A model generated the notes under the pieces. That model searched no databases. It was given only the letters and a program-made list of their open reading frames with translations, and had not been told where the DNA came from. Positions 1-9,119 of a DNA stretch of 42,893 nucleotides are shown here, piece after piece. Numbering within the stretch: position 1 is the stretch's first letter; every line of letters starts with the position of its first letter. The position numbers and the translations under genes were made by a program. Source of the stretch: a virus (lineage: Duplodnaviria; Caudoviricetes); the IMG/VR virus record IMGVR_UViG_3300037515_000246, positions 1-42,893 of that record. One strand, 5' to 3'.

Positions 1-30
1 CTCGTTAGATTTCGGAAAACCGAAGTTGGG

Positions 31-918
31 TTACCGGACACGCCCTTCCGCGAAAGCCGCCCGAATTTCAGGCGCCATCTCGTTGTAGCGGTCCCGGTCC
101 TGGACATAGAGCCGTGCCAACTCAGTTGATTTGTAGATTTTCTTCCCCGACTTGCTGCCGACCGTTTTGCCTGAGCCACCGGTTTCGGTGGTCACGCGCT
201 TGATGGCGGCTTTTTTCTTCTCACCGGATTCCGCGTCGTCGGCGACCGGCTTGGTAGCGTCCCACAGCTCGAACAAGTCGCTCGCCGCTTCCAGGTCAAA
301 CTGGGAGGCGGACTTGAACAGGCGCAGGCGGGAAGGCTTGGCCTTCACCCACTCCTGAAACTGCGGGGTGGCGACCTCCTCGGTGTAGCCCGGGCGCTGC
401 TTCTCGAATTCCAGCATCGCGGATCGCTGTTCGGCTGACAGGACGGCGTCCTGTAGCGGCTTCAGCTCTTTGGCAATGAGTTTCTTGGCAGCGGCCTTCG
501 GGTCGGTGAGGAATTCATCCTCCGTCGGGTCGGATGTCTCGTCTTCAACTGAGCCGTCTTTGGCTCCGGGGTGTTTCAGGGCCTGCTCCAACGCGTGCCG
601 CAATAGGGCGCGAGCTTCCCCAAGCTCATTTCCCTGGCGGCTGTACTCTTTTTCGAGGCCCGAGAACTCCTTGTAAACCTGAGCGAGGGGTTTCCCTTTC
701 AGGCGAGCGGGGGCGGCGACTTCCTCGGATTCCGTGGTCTCTTCGATCGTTTCGGTTTCCTCGGGATCCTCGTCACGGTGCGATCCAAGTTCACTTGAAT
801 CACCGAGCGGGGTGTCGATGCCCTCCTCTTCTACAACGGGAGCTGCGAGATCGGTGGCGTTGGAATTATTGCCAGTCGCGGGCGTGCCCGCGCCGGCAGC
901 AGGTGCTGCTTTCGGCAT
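31..918 (-). CDS. Putative capsid scaffolding protein
   Basis: Acidic low-complexity N-terminus, coiled-coil segment (YSRQGNELGEARALL) and C-terminal AFAEGRVR. Lies downstream of the portal and would precede the capsid gene across the window junction. Confidence 0.8.
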   Translation of the reverse strand: MPKAAPAAGAGTPATGNNSNATDLAAPVVEEEGIDTPLGDSSELGSHRDEDPEETETIEETTESEEVAAPARLKGKPLAQVYKEFSGLEKEYSRQGNELGEARALLRHALEQALKHPGAKDGSVEDETSDPTEDEFLTDPKAAAKKLIAKELKPLQDAVLSAEQRSAMLEFEKQRPGYTEEVATPQFQEWVKAKPSRLRLFKSASQFDLEAASDLFELWDATKPVADDAESGEKKKAAIKRVTTETGGSGKTVGSKSGKKIYKSTELARLYVQDRDRYNEMAPEIRAAFAEGRVR

Positions 919-983
919 GTTTGCGAAATCTCCGTGGAAGTTACAACGAACTTGAAAGGGGACTACTTAAAAAGTGAGGCGCA

Positions 984-1256
984 CTACCAATGACGTGAAT
1001 TTGGATAGTATTCGCCGCTTTCGCGTAGACTCTTTTGCTCGCGCGCCATCGTCCGGGCACGATCTTTTTCCCATTTCATTGCTGCGCCGGGAAAAGCAGG
1101 ATCGGCACCGTCAAGCACAACAGCTGGCGGAGTAAAGATGCGCTTTAACGTGGCGCCACACGAAACGCAGGGTGGGGGATTTTCCCTCTCTGCCATTTTC
1201 AGGAAATGCTCAACGCGCTTGTTACAGGCGGAGCATTCAAATTCATAAGTGGGCAT
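984..1256 (-). CDS. FmdB-family zinc-ribbon protein
   Basis: MPTYEFECSAC...PPCVSCGATLKRIF. ATG at 1256 overlaps the upstream stop (TGATG); the ORF-track start is probably too far upstream. Confidence 0.8.
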   Translation of the reverse strand: MPTYEFECSACNKRVEHFLKMAERENPPPCVSCGATLKRIFTPPAVVLDGADPAFPGAAMKWEKDRARTMAREQKSLRESGEYYPNSRHW

Positions 1257-1690
1257 CAACGAGCCCCAAGGATATAACGCGCGGCCGATTGCATCAGGTC
1301 TGGATTGTCGCGTAGAAGTCCAATCGCGACGTTGCACTTGTGGCATAAAAGGCCACGGACCCTCATTGTTTGGTGGCAGTGGTCGACAACCAGCTTGGTC
1401 TCTTCGCCACAGATAGCGCACCTGCTGCTTTGCCCCCGGACCATTGCCTGGAATTGTTCTATCGACAAGTCGTATTTGCGCTTCAGGGTATTCTTTAGTT
1501 GCCGATCAGGATTTTTGATGTTCCAAGCGCGTGCGCGCTCTATGTGCGCCCTTCCGTTGGAGGCGTAGCGCCGGCGGCGGTCTGCGGCGTAGCACACCTT
1601 GCACCAAGCTTGCCGCCCGTCAGGGTTACGCGCCCTTTTACTGAACTCAGCAAGCGGCTTTTCCTCACCGCACTTCGAACAAGGCTTCAT
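1256..1690 (-). CDS. Endonuclease VII / HNH-type free-standing endonuclease
   Basis: N-terminal CSKC..CKVC; C-terminal CAIC...LVVDHCH..VRGLLCHKCNVAIG (Endo VII motif). Confidence 0.88.
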   Translation of the reverse strand: MKPCSKCGEEKPLAEFSKRARNPDGRQAWCKVCYAADRRRRYASNGRAHIERARAWNIKNPDRQLKNTLKRKYDLSIEQFQAMVRGQSSRCAICGEETKLVVDHCHQTMRVRGLLCHKCNVAIGLLRDNPDLMQSAARYILGAR

Positions 1691-2010
1691 TCGCTCTCGT
1701 ATTCCGTCGGCCCGAACGGCGTGTCTGTTCTGTTGGATTCCAAGTCAGCCTTTTCGGCCGCCACCAAGTCACGCAGCCCCAGCAGCCGGTTCTTGATGTA
1801 GATGTTGACCGCGCGCGCCGCGACGAAGGTTTCCCAGTTGGGCGCTTCGTCCATCTGCCGCTGCACATCCGCGCACTCGTCGGAGAGGCGCAGGTACAAC
1901 TCGCGCCAGTCCGGGTGCAGCAGCACGTTCTGCATCTTGTCGAGCGAGGCCAGGCGCTCTTCGGGGCTCTGGTCGGCGTAGGGTTTTTGGGGGTTATCGC
2001 TTACCACCAC
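1687..2010 (-). CDS. Hypothetical protein downstream of portal (helical)
   Basis: Coupled ORF in the virion operon; start codon uncertain. Confidence 0.6.
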   Translation of the reverse strand: MVVSDNPQKPYADQSPEERLASLDKMQNVLLHPDWRELYLRLSDECADVQRQMDEAPNWETFVAARAVNIYIKNRLLGLRDLVAAEKADLESNRTDTPFGPTEYESE

Positions 2011-2432
2011 TTAACCCTCCGTAGCCGCATAGAAAGGCCGTGCTTCAGCACAAGAGCCGTTCCGTAGTCGTGGCACACCAAACGGCGACCGATCAGCCCA
2101 TAGTTGTCCCTCTTGGTGTCCGTTAAAAACACGGGCAACCGCTCTGGAAATTCTGACTCACGCGCAGGAATCGTAAGAGACTGAATCAGTATCATTCCAC
2201 TAGGACTTATAAAATGACACGGCGAGAACCACTTAGCCGCGGGAGTCCCAACCGCTCGGTTCCATACCTGCCACTCTGTGACGTTTTGAAACTCACCGGC
2301 CTCGTCCTCAACTTTCACGACCCAATTCGGGTTTAGCGCGCATTTATAAACCCGCCGGGACATACCTTGCCCTATAAAGTCACCACAGACCGCTCGAAAG
2401 AGGTCACGATGAACCACGGGGTTATCACTCAC
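2001..2432 (-). CDS. Minimal protein-kinase-like fold protein
   Basis: IGQGMSRRVY (Gly loop), VVKV (Lys), QNVTEW (helix C Glu), DTKRDN (catalytic DxKxxN), HDYG (DFG equivalent). GTG at 2432 overlaps the portal end. Confidence 0.7.
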   Translation of the reverse strand: MSDNPVVHRDLFRAVCGDFIGQGMSRRVYKCALNPNWVVKVEDEAGEFQNVTEWQVWNRAVGTPAAKWFSPCHFISPSGMILIQSLTIPARESEFPERLPVFLTDTKRDNYGLIGRRLVCHDYGTALVLKHGLSMRLRRVKWW

Positions 2433-4302
2433 TTGCCGATTCATCCGACCCCGCCATTTGGATATCCACGATCGTCTTCGCCGTACTGGCGTCCTTCATG
2501 CGCGTGCGGGCGCGGACTTCTTCCAGGTCGGCGACTTTGCGCTCCCCTTCGATCGGGTCCGGCTGCTCGGCGTCCTTATCGGAGCCAGGCATCTGGCCGT
2601 TAATGACGGCCTGGATCAACTGCTTGACCATGCCTTTGTCTTTCAGCGAGGTGTTGTCCACGATCTGCCCCAGCAGGGCGTAGAACACCGGGGAAACCGG
2701 CGGCACTGCCGTCAGCAACTGGGTCAGGGTCTGGTTCTCCGCCTCGCGCGCCATCAACGACATGGCGGTGCGGACGCGGAAACGCAGGTCGATGAACGGG
2801 TAGACTTCCTCGTTCCACTGCATGTGCCGCAGGCAGAACTTCTCCACCAGCGGGATAAGGAAGTGGCGTTCCATGAGCCGCAGCGTGCGCTTGTAACGCT
2901 TCGCCAAGCCGCCCTGGACCATCGAAGAGACGCCCACCGTGGCGTTCGAGCGCGAGGCGCGTGACGGCAGCGAAGTACCGGCGGTACCGGTCGCAACCTG
3001 GATCAGGCGCTCCAACTCACCGGTCGCGGTGAAGGTAGTCGGGTCAATGCGCCCGAAGTTCATCGGGAAGAACGCTTCCCGTGGGTCACCGTTGGAGTAC
3101 AGCACCTTGCCGGGGCCGACCTCGACCTTGAAGCGCGGATCCCGGCGCTGGGTGTTGACCCCCATCATCGGGTGGACGGTGTAACCGAGCCCGTCTATCT
3201 GGGCGCGCAGCATGGCGTCCAGCGCCTTCTGGCTGTTGATACCCTTCTCCGCCACGCCACGGCCCCAGAAACTGCCGGGGATGATGTCGTGCGGCGCCGC
3301 GATGAAGTCGCGGTCTTTTTTCAGGTTTTCGTTCTCGCGGGCGAGGACGCAATACTTATCGTCGATGAGGGTGCAAACCGCCTCGACCATGTCGCGCGAG
3401 TCGATCTCGCCCACGGCGTCACCGTCGTTGACGGCGGCTTCGAAGATCGCCCGCGGCACCAAGCCGTGGTACTCGGTGATGAGGTTCGCGTCCTCGTTGT
3501 CACTGACCTTCAGCGCACCGGATTCCGTAGCAAGCCCCTGCTGCTGCGCATCCCCGCTTTCCAGTGGCACCTCCCAATAAATCTCGTCTTCCATCTTGGC
3601 GCGCAGACTGTGCCGCGGCCGGGGGAGGCGGTGCGCCATACCCAGGGCCTGCTCGATGCCTTCACGCCCGGGCTTGTTGACCGCCGTGTCGATAACAAAC
3701 TGGTCCGGGCGCACCGGTTCGAGGAACACGACTACGCGGTCGTCCTCGGTGGTGCCCTCGATGTATTCTTTTTTCTGCGGGTCGAGCAGGGTCTTGAGCT
3801 TGCGCTCCGGGCGGGTGTCGACCACGATCTTGCCGATCGCCGTGCCGTAGACGGCCCCCATCAGGCCGCAAGCCTCGACCAGCGCGCCTTGCACGTTGGC
3901 GTGGTCCATGTCGTCCAACAGTTGTAGTCGGATGGGCTGCCAGTCTTCCTGCTGGCCATCCGACAGGTTGTCATCGATGTCGAACCAGCCTTCCTTGTCG
4001 CCCAGGACGGCCTCTTCCATCTCCGCCACGGCTTCCTCGACGGCCTGTTGCAGGGCCGGCGATATCAGACGCGAGCGTTCGCTGGCGCGCGTGCGGTCGG
4101 ATTCGTCGTAGACGCCGCGCCACTTGCGCAGGAACTCGGCCCACTGGATGTCCAGGTGCTGCTTGCGCCAGCGTTCCCACTCGGTGACGTGCTCCATGAT
4201 CCAGGAGCACAACTGTTCGCGCGCGCCCTTCTGCTGGAAGCCGACGACGGCCCGCTCGGCCGCGTCTTCCGTCATAACGGTTGTGGGGTTTTGGGTGGAC
4301 AT
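2425..4302 (-). CDS. Portal protein
   Basis: 625 aa; GTAIGKI, FVID and SFWGRGVAEKGINSQKALDAMLRAQID are typical of podovirus portals; follows TerL. Confidence 0.9.
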   Translation of the reverse strand: MSTQNPTTVMTEDAAERAVVGFQQKGAREQLCSWIMEHVTEWERWRKQHLDIQWAEFLRKWRGVYDESDRTRASERSRLISPALQQAVEEAVAEMEEAVLGDKEGWFDIDDNLSDGQQEDWQPIRLQLLDDMDHANVQGALVEACGLMGAVYGTAIGKIVVDTRPERKLKTLLDPQKKEYIEGTTEDDRVVVFLEPVRPDQFVIDTAVNKPGREGIEQALGMAHRLPRPRHSLRAKMEDEIYWEVPLESGDAQQQGLATESGALKVSDNEDANLITEYHGLVPRAIFEAAVNDGDAVGEIDSRDMVEAVCTLIDDKYCVLARENENLKKDRDFIAAPHDIIPGSFWGRGVAEKGINSQKALDAMLRAQIDGLGYTVHPMMGVNTQRRDPRFKVEVGPGKVLYSNGDPREAFFPMNFGRIDPTTFTATGELERLIQVATGTAGTSLPSRASRSNATVGVSSMVQGGLAKRYKRTLRLMERHFLIPLVEKFCLRHMQWNEEVYPFIDLRFRVRTAMSLMAREAENQTLTQLLTAVPPVSPVFYALLGQIVDNTSLKDKGMVKQLIQAVINGQMPGSDKDAEQPDPIEGERKVADLEEVRARTRMKDASTAKTIVDIQMAGSDESASE

Positions 4303-4593
4303 TTATCGAAGGTGTTGGGTGAATTCGCCGCGGAGAGCACGGTCCAAGTGGGACTGAATGTCTTCCAGCAATCGTTTTACCGTTGAAAAATCAATCCGCC
4401 CCCGGGCATCTGGCTTGGCGTAGTTGTAACAAACGGATGTGCCTCCCAAGAACAAACGCATGTCGCGCTCGATCAGGGCAAAGGCCGTGCTGCGGTCTTG
4501 GCAGTCCATAGCCGCCGCATATGTCGCGGCTCGACATTTCGCGTGGAGCGTCTTTGCTGCGTCCATGCACGCCTGCGTGCTGCTTACATCCAT
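4303..4593 (-). CDS. Hypothetical protein
   Basis: ATG at 4593 overlaps the amidase stop (TGATG); its stop abuts the portal ATG. Confidence 0.55.
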   Translation of the reverse strand: MDVSSTQACMDAAKTLHAKCRAATYAAAMDCQDRSTAFALIERDMRLFLGGTSVCYNYAKPDARGRIDFSTVKRLLEDIQSHLDRALRGEFTQHLR

Positions 4594-5033
4594 CACGCGG
4601 CCTCGCTGCGGTGGCTCCACCACGCCGGCACATCAAAACTCGGGCAGGCTTTGGTAACGCCGGGGAAATCGCGGTGCCCGCGCACGACAGCGCCGGGATA
4701 CCGCGGGAGTAAAAGTTTGACCAGGCTTTCCAGGCTCGCGTACTGCGCGGCCGTGAAGTTGGCGTCGGGGACACCAGCCTTGTTGATACCGCCGACCAGG
4801 CAAAGGCCGATCGACTCGTGGTTGTGCCCCGCGACGTGCGCCCCCTGGAAGTCCAGCGCCCGCCCCGCCTCGACGGTGCCGTCGCGTCGGATAACGTAGT
4901 GATAGCCCACGTCATCCCACTTTTTGGCCTTATGCCACTTACGGATTTCTTCCACGCCGATATCCATGTCGGGCGAAGTGGCAGCGCAGTGAACGGCGAT
5001 GAACCGGACGGCTTCTTTATTCAGTTTTTGCAT
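4593..5033 (-). CDS. N-acetylmuramoyl-L-alanine amidase endolysin (T7 lysozyme-like)
   Basis: IAVHCAAT, DVGYHYVIRRDG, GAHVAGHN, SIGLCLVGG, GHRD..KACPSFD; start coupled to the TerL stop. Confidence 0.93.
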   Translation of the reverse strand: MQKLNKEAVRFIAVHCAATSPDMDIGVEEIRKWHKAKKWDDVGYHYVIRRDGTVEAGRALDFQGAHVAGHNHESIGLCLVGGINKAGVPDANFTAAQYASLESLVKLLLPRYPGAVVRGHRDFPGVTKACPSFDVPAWWSHRSEAA

Positions 5034-6319
5034 CAATAACCAGCCTCGACATCCAAGGGTTGCCACTGACCGTCTTGCTCAATCGTTGCCACGTCCTCGA
5101 AAGCGTCGTCGGCGAGCTGGTCGACGTAGGCCAAGGCGTCCAGAAGGTCATCCTTGGCGAGCGGGTTGGGGAAATCGGAATACTCTTCGAGGAAAGCAGA
5201 CAGCCACGGAGCGCCCATTTCGAAAGTCATGCGCCCTTTCTCAAGACGCCCGGCGAGGCCCCACATGATGCGGTCGATTTTCTTCTTGCCGCCGTGCCAC
5301 AACGGCACAATCTCGGGGTAGAAGTTGATGGCGCGCATCCGGTCGGAGAGGTAGGGCATAACTGCGTTCAACGCCATGCCTTTCTCGATGCCGAAGCGCC
5401 GGAGGCCGTAATCCTTGGCCGCTTTCAGCATCTGGATGGCGCATTCGCGTACTCCCCACTGCCCATAACGGATGTCGGTGACGTGCCAGCCGCCGGCATG
5501 GATCCAGACAACCGCGATCGCGCTGTTGTCGGTCCTTTTGTACTTTCCGGCCTCGGCCGCGTCGACAAAACCAGCCAAGTCGACCGCCATCGCGTAGTAG
5601 CCGGGGACGACCGGCCTCAAATCCATCTTGAGCCAGTCCTGGCGCAACAAACCGGCGCCAGAACCTGAAAAGCTCGCCTCGAATTCCTGGGCGAACTGTT
5701 CGGCGGTCATGTTGGCCGCCGCTTTCTTGATCTCTTCCGGGTCGAGGAAGGGATTGTCAGTTGATTTGAAGCGCCACACTCCCCACTCTTCGGGACTCTG
5801 CTGCGCTTCCAGGACCAACTGATAAAAATGGTTCTTGCCGGCGGGGGTTCCGATGAAAAGCACGTTGCCCTTCACGTCGGCGAGGGCGGGACGGATAATT
5901 TCCTCCCACACGTTCGGTTTCATGGAAGCAAATTCGTCGAGAACCACGGCCGAGAGGCCGACACCGCGAAGGCTGTCCGGGTTGTCCGCGCCACGGACCT
6001 CAATCCAGCGGCCGTTTACAAGCTCAATGCGGCCCGTGTTCCGGTCTTTTCTCGTTATGATCGGGTCCAGCAGACGGACGAGGCCGGGCCAATAAATTCT
6101 TTTCGATTGATCGTGCGTGGGCGCGACCAGGAACACGCCCTTGTCGCGAAGGTCGTACCCGTTCATCTCGGTTCGCAGGCTCTCGGTGGCCCCGATCGCT
6201 TCAGCGAGGCGTGACTTACCGAAACGGCGACCGGCGACAACGATTTTGAAACGCCGCGGATCCTGGAAGACCTCCAACTGCTTCGGGTGCAGCGAGAGGT
6301 CGATTGTCGTGTCGATCAT
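5033..6319 (-). CDS. terL: Terminase large subunit
   Basis: Walker A AGRRFGKS, Walker B VVLDEFA, IGTP, nuclease AVDLAG and DDLLDALAY. Confidence 0.95.
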   Translation of the reverse strand: MIDTTIDLSLHPKQLEVFQDPRRFKIVVAGRRFGKSRLAEAIGATESLRTEMNGYDLRDKGVFLVAPTHDQSKRIYWPGLVRLLDPIITRKDRNTGRIELVNGRWIEVRGADNPDSLRGVGLSAVVLDEFASMKPNVWEEIIRPALADVKGNVLFIGTPAGKNHFYQLVLEAQQSPEEWGVWRFKSTDNPFLDPEEIKKAAANMTAEQFAQEFEASFSGSGAGLLRQDWLKMDLRPVVPGYYAMAVDLAGFVDAAEAGKYKRTDNSAIAVVWIHAGGWHVTDIRYGQWGVRECAIQMLKAAKDYGLRRFGIEKGMALNAVMPYLSDRMRAINFYPEIVPLWHGGKKKIDRIMWGLAGRLEKGRMTFEMGAPWLSAFLEEYSDFPNPLAKDDLLDALAYVDQLADDAFEDVATIEQDGQWQPLDVEAGY

Positions 6320-6708
6320 CCATCCACCGCGCCCGTCTTATCTTCGATCACACGCACCGGCAGCACCGGTTTTTTGCCGTCCACGACGCCGACGTTGATG
6401 TTAATCATCGGCCGCCTGTCGCCGTGACCGCCTTCCTGTTCAGCCTCCCGCTTGAGGAACGGCTTGATTATCTCCACGACCATTTTTTGGCTGTCGATGT
6501 GCCCGTTTTCGGCTTGCTTTATGACCTTGCTCAACACCTTGAGCGCCCGCTTTTGCGTCTCGCTCGTCATGATTTGCAGGAACCGGGTCTTCTTTGCCAG
6601 ATTCCCCTTGCCCCGACCCTTCGGGTTCCCGCTTTTCCCCTTCGGAAACTGCCCGTTCGGCGGCCGCTTCTCGGGCGGCGATAGCGTCGAGTCTTTGTTT
6701 TCGGGCAT
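6316..6708 (-). CDS. terS: Terminase small subunit
   Basis: GQFPKGKSGNPKGRGKG motif; AGGAGG RBS before ATG 6708; overlaps the TerL start. Confidence 0.75.
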   Translation of the reverse strand: MPENKDSTLSPPEKRPPNGQFPKGKSGNPKGRGKGNLAKKTRFLQIMTSETQKRALKVLSKVIKQAENGHIDSQKMVVEIIKPFLKREAEQEGGHGDRRPMININVGVVDGKKPVLPVRVIEDKTGAVDG

Positions 6709-6937
6709 CCAGAACCTCCTGGTTGATCTGGCGCGCGAATTCGATGTTGGCGGCGACCAAATAGTGGGATACGCCAACACTGGGGTCGGCGACGTGATGT
6801 ACTTGCGTCCGCTGGTGGTCGGCGATGGAACGGAGCACCAGATCGTAATGTTTCGGGGCGCCCTTACCGAGACGAAAATAGAACTCGACGCCCGGCGAGG
6901 ACAGTTGGCGGTACCAGACGATTTTGTCTTCGGTCAT
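6440..6937 (-). CDS. Hypothetical protein whose 3' half overlaps terS
   Basis: ATG directly after the upstream stop; protein-like N-terminal ~95 aa; 269 nt out-of-frame overlap with terS. Confidence 0.5.
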   Translation of the reverse strand: MTEDKIVWYRQLSSPGVEFYFRLGKGAPKHYDLVLRSIADHQRTQVHHVADPSVGVSHYLVAANIEFARQINQEVLDARKQRLDAIAAREAAAERAVSEGEKREPEGSGQGESGKEDPVPANHDERDAKAGAQGVEQGHKASRKRAHRQPKNGRGDNQAVPQAGG

Positions 6938-7138
6938 CTAGCGCCCCTGCCCAGTAACTTTCAGGTAGACCCGATACCGCTCCGGGCGCTGCGTGCGCAG
7001 CCAGGTCGGGAAGTCCATGTCGGTGTCCCCGGTGCCGATGTCGGTACGGTGCGCCGCCATGTCTTCCTTCATGGCGGCAACGGCGACCGGACTCATCCCG
7101 GCCGGGAGTTTGGGGTGCTGGGGCATGTGTCGCGGCAT
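6938..7138 (-). CDS. Hypothetical protein
   Basis: Coupled 66-aa ORF. Confidence 0.55.
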   Translation of the reverse strand: MPRHMPQHPKLPAGMSPVAVAAMKEDMAAHRTDIGTGDTDMDFPTWLRTQRPERYRVYLKVTGQGR

Positions 7139-7341
7139 CAGCTTTTCATCCCGTCAACGGCGGCGTGTGCCTCGGCCGCCGCGCGGTCGCGCACGGCGTG
7201 CAACTCGGCCAAGAGTCCCGCCGGGTCTAAGTTCTTGGCGCGCAGATTTTCCATCTCGGCGTCAAACCGCTTGTCGTCGCGGTAGACTTTGTAAATTTGC
7301 AGGCCCGCGTAGACGAGGGCCAACGGATCGACCGAACTCAT
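7138..7341 (-). CDS. Hypothetical protein (possible lysis accessory)
   Basis: GGAGG RBS then ATG 7341 overlapping the upstream stop; MSSVDPLALVYAGLQIY. Confidence 0.55.
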   Translation of the reverse strand: MSSVDPLALVYAGLQIYKVYRDDKRFDAEMENLRAKNLDPAGLLAELHAVRDRAAAEAHAAVDGMKS

Positions 7342-8018
7342 ACCTGCACCTCCGGGTGCGCGTGGTGCTTGACACATAATTTATGGAGGTCGTTCAGCGC
7401 CGCATTCGCCTCCTGCTTGTCCCCGGCGAAGTCGGCGCGCACGAATCGCTGACCGGCCGCCACGATCTCTTGGTTTGCCCCGGTCAACTGGTCCAGGAGC
7501 TGCTGCTCGGTACGTTCCTGTTTGGCGACGTAGTACGAAAGCATGAAGCGGATGACTTGGTCGTCACAAACTACATTGGCGTCCGCCTCGGCCATCGGTG
7601 CTTTCATGGACACCGGCTGCCGTCGATCGCGCAGTTTCTTCGCCATCTCGGCCTCGACGTAGTCAAGTACCTTGTCAGCGTCGAGCACCTTGTCGAGCGC
7701 GCCCTCAAAAACGCCTTTGTCGTAAAGCGCCTTGGCTTCCTCGACCAGCACGGCAGCCTTGTCCAACATAGCCAGCACGTCCTGCAATTCGCTCTTGAAC
7801 AGCACGCCGGCCGCGGCCTGGTCGGTCACGAAGCGGTAGCCCTTGGTCAGCGCGATATCGGCCTGCGCGATCGCGTTACCGGCGCGCGCCTGGGCGCTGT
7901 CGCCGTCGATGACGGGGGTGACAGAAGCGCAGGCTGATAACAAAATCGCAGCACTGCCGGCGATGAAAAGCCGCGGCAGGTGCCGCAGCCAAGAGACGAT
8001 TCGTTCGAGTTGGCTCAT
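7338..8018 (-). CDS. Putative lipoprotein next to holin (spanin-like candidate)
   Basis: Hydrophobic stretch plus lipobox LSAC; helical body; ATG 8018 overlaps the holin end. Confidence 0.6.
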   Translation of the reverse strand: MSQLERIVSWLRHLPRLFIAGSAAILLSACASVTPVIDGDSAQARAGNAIAQADIALTKGYRFVTDQAAAGVLFKSELQDVLAMLDKAAVLVEEAKALYDKGVFEGALDKVLDADKVLDYVEAEMAKKLRDRRQPVSMKAPMAEADANVVCDDQVIRFMLSYYVAKQERTEQQLLDQLTGANQEIVAAGQRFVRADFAGDKQEANAALNDLHKLCVKHHAHPEVQV

Positions 8019-8227
8019 TTCTTTACCTCGATCCCAGCGACCGACGTGATCTCCTTGGTGCGGGTGAACTGCCCCCACAAGGTCACGGCCGCGCCCGCCA
8101 ACAGGCTGACCGCGTCGACCACCGCCTGGTCCTCGAACTGGATCCCGGCCGCGTGCAGCGCGGGGCCCGCGATCAGCATGAGCGCGCCCCAGGTCGTTTT
8201 GCTTGCGAAAAAGTCTTTACCGTACAT
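8015..8227 (-). CDS. Putative holin
   Basis: 70 aa, FFASKTTWG, two hydrophobic segments, basic C-terminus. Confidence 0.65.
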   Translation of the reverse strand: MYGKDFFASKTTWGALMLIAGPALHAAGIQFEDQAVVDAVSLLAGAAVTLWGQFTRTKEITSVAGIEVKK

Positions 8228-8276
8228 AGGTTGTCTCCGATTCAGGTTTGTGTCGTGTGGAGCGAGACGCGGTAGG

Positions 8277-9119
8277 TCACATTCCCCTCAGCACGCTCGG
8301 TAGGGCGTTTTCATTATCATAAAAACCTTGCGCTATTGCAGCTAATACAGTTTCTCCGGGATGCGTTTCAAGGCGCATGGCAAATAGGTTTTTCGCGCGG
8401 TCGTTAACTCGCAAATACGCACTACCACCATGAGAAAAGAAATGATACCCCGTATTTGCAGCCATATCTGCGTCCAGTGCGGTACTCGCGGCGGCGAGGT
8501 TTGCGGCGATGTCGGTAGCCGGTGTGACCTCAGTACCATCAACCCACAATCTCAGAGTATTATTTTTTCCATCGACTGCCGCCATGACAGAATGCCTGGT
8601 ATCCGCCGTTACTACTCCGCTATCCAGTTGCTTCAGACCTGCCCCGCCATCATTCGTACCGACCGTGAAAGTAGTGCGCAAAAATGGCGGTATACTCCGA
8701 CGTGTGATTTGAAATGCAAGATCATCTGTAGAGCTTGCAAGCCCCCACGCCGAGATAGCCGTATTTCCGCCAGTCAAGCCGTCCGTATACCAATCGGCTA
8801 CCTGAAGAATAAGGCCATCCCCCAAATCCGCAAAAGTAAAAATAGAATCAATGTACGCATCGCCCAAAAAAGATACATCGTTATTCGCAGTACCAGCATT
8901 ACCGCCAGCTGTCCACCACGGCAGATTGTCGTGAAGAGTGGTCGTTGTCCCGGTGATCGTCCCGACAGACCCGTTCCCTTGATTGTCGGCACAGTCAAGT
9001 CCACTGGTCTCGGTCAGGCCGTACCAGATGAATTTAGAGACGATGGAATCCGCAACGCTCTTAGCGTCCGCTCCGGTTCCTAAACCATGAACCCCACCGC
9101 CTAGGCTCAGTCCTATCAC
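8277..9119 (-). CDS. LamG/concanavalin A-like domain protein (probable virion component)
   Basis: MIGLSLG-type N-terminus, YGLTETSG..ADNQGNG..GTI, RHSVMAAVDG..LRLWVDG. Confidence 0.6.
   Translation of the reverse strand: MIGLSLGGGVHGLGTGADAKSVADSIVSKFIWYGLTETSGLDCADNQGNGSVGTITGTTTTLHDNLPWWTAGGNAGTANNDVSFLGDAYIDSIFTFADLGDGLILQVADWYTDGLTGGNTAISAWGLASSTDDLAFQITRRSIPPFLRTTFTVGTNDGGAGLKQLDSGVVTADTRHSVMAAVDGKNNTLRLWVDGTEVTPATDIAANLAAASTALDADMAANTGYHFFSHGGSAYLRVNDRAKNLFAMRLETHPGETVLAAIAQGFYDNENALPSVLRGM

Noticed and set aside
1256-1690. Endonuclease inside an intron or flanked by a duplication
   Set aside because: Coupled directly to both neighbours; no R/S elements or convincing flanking repeat seen.
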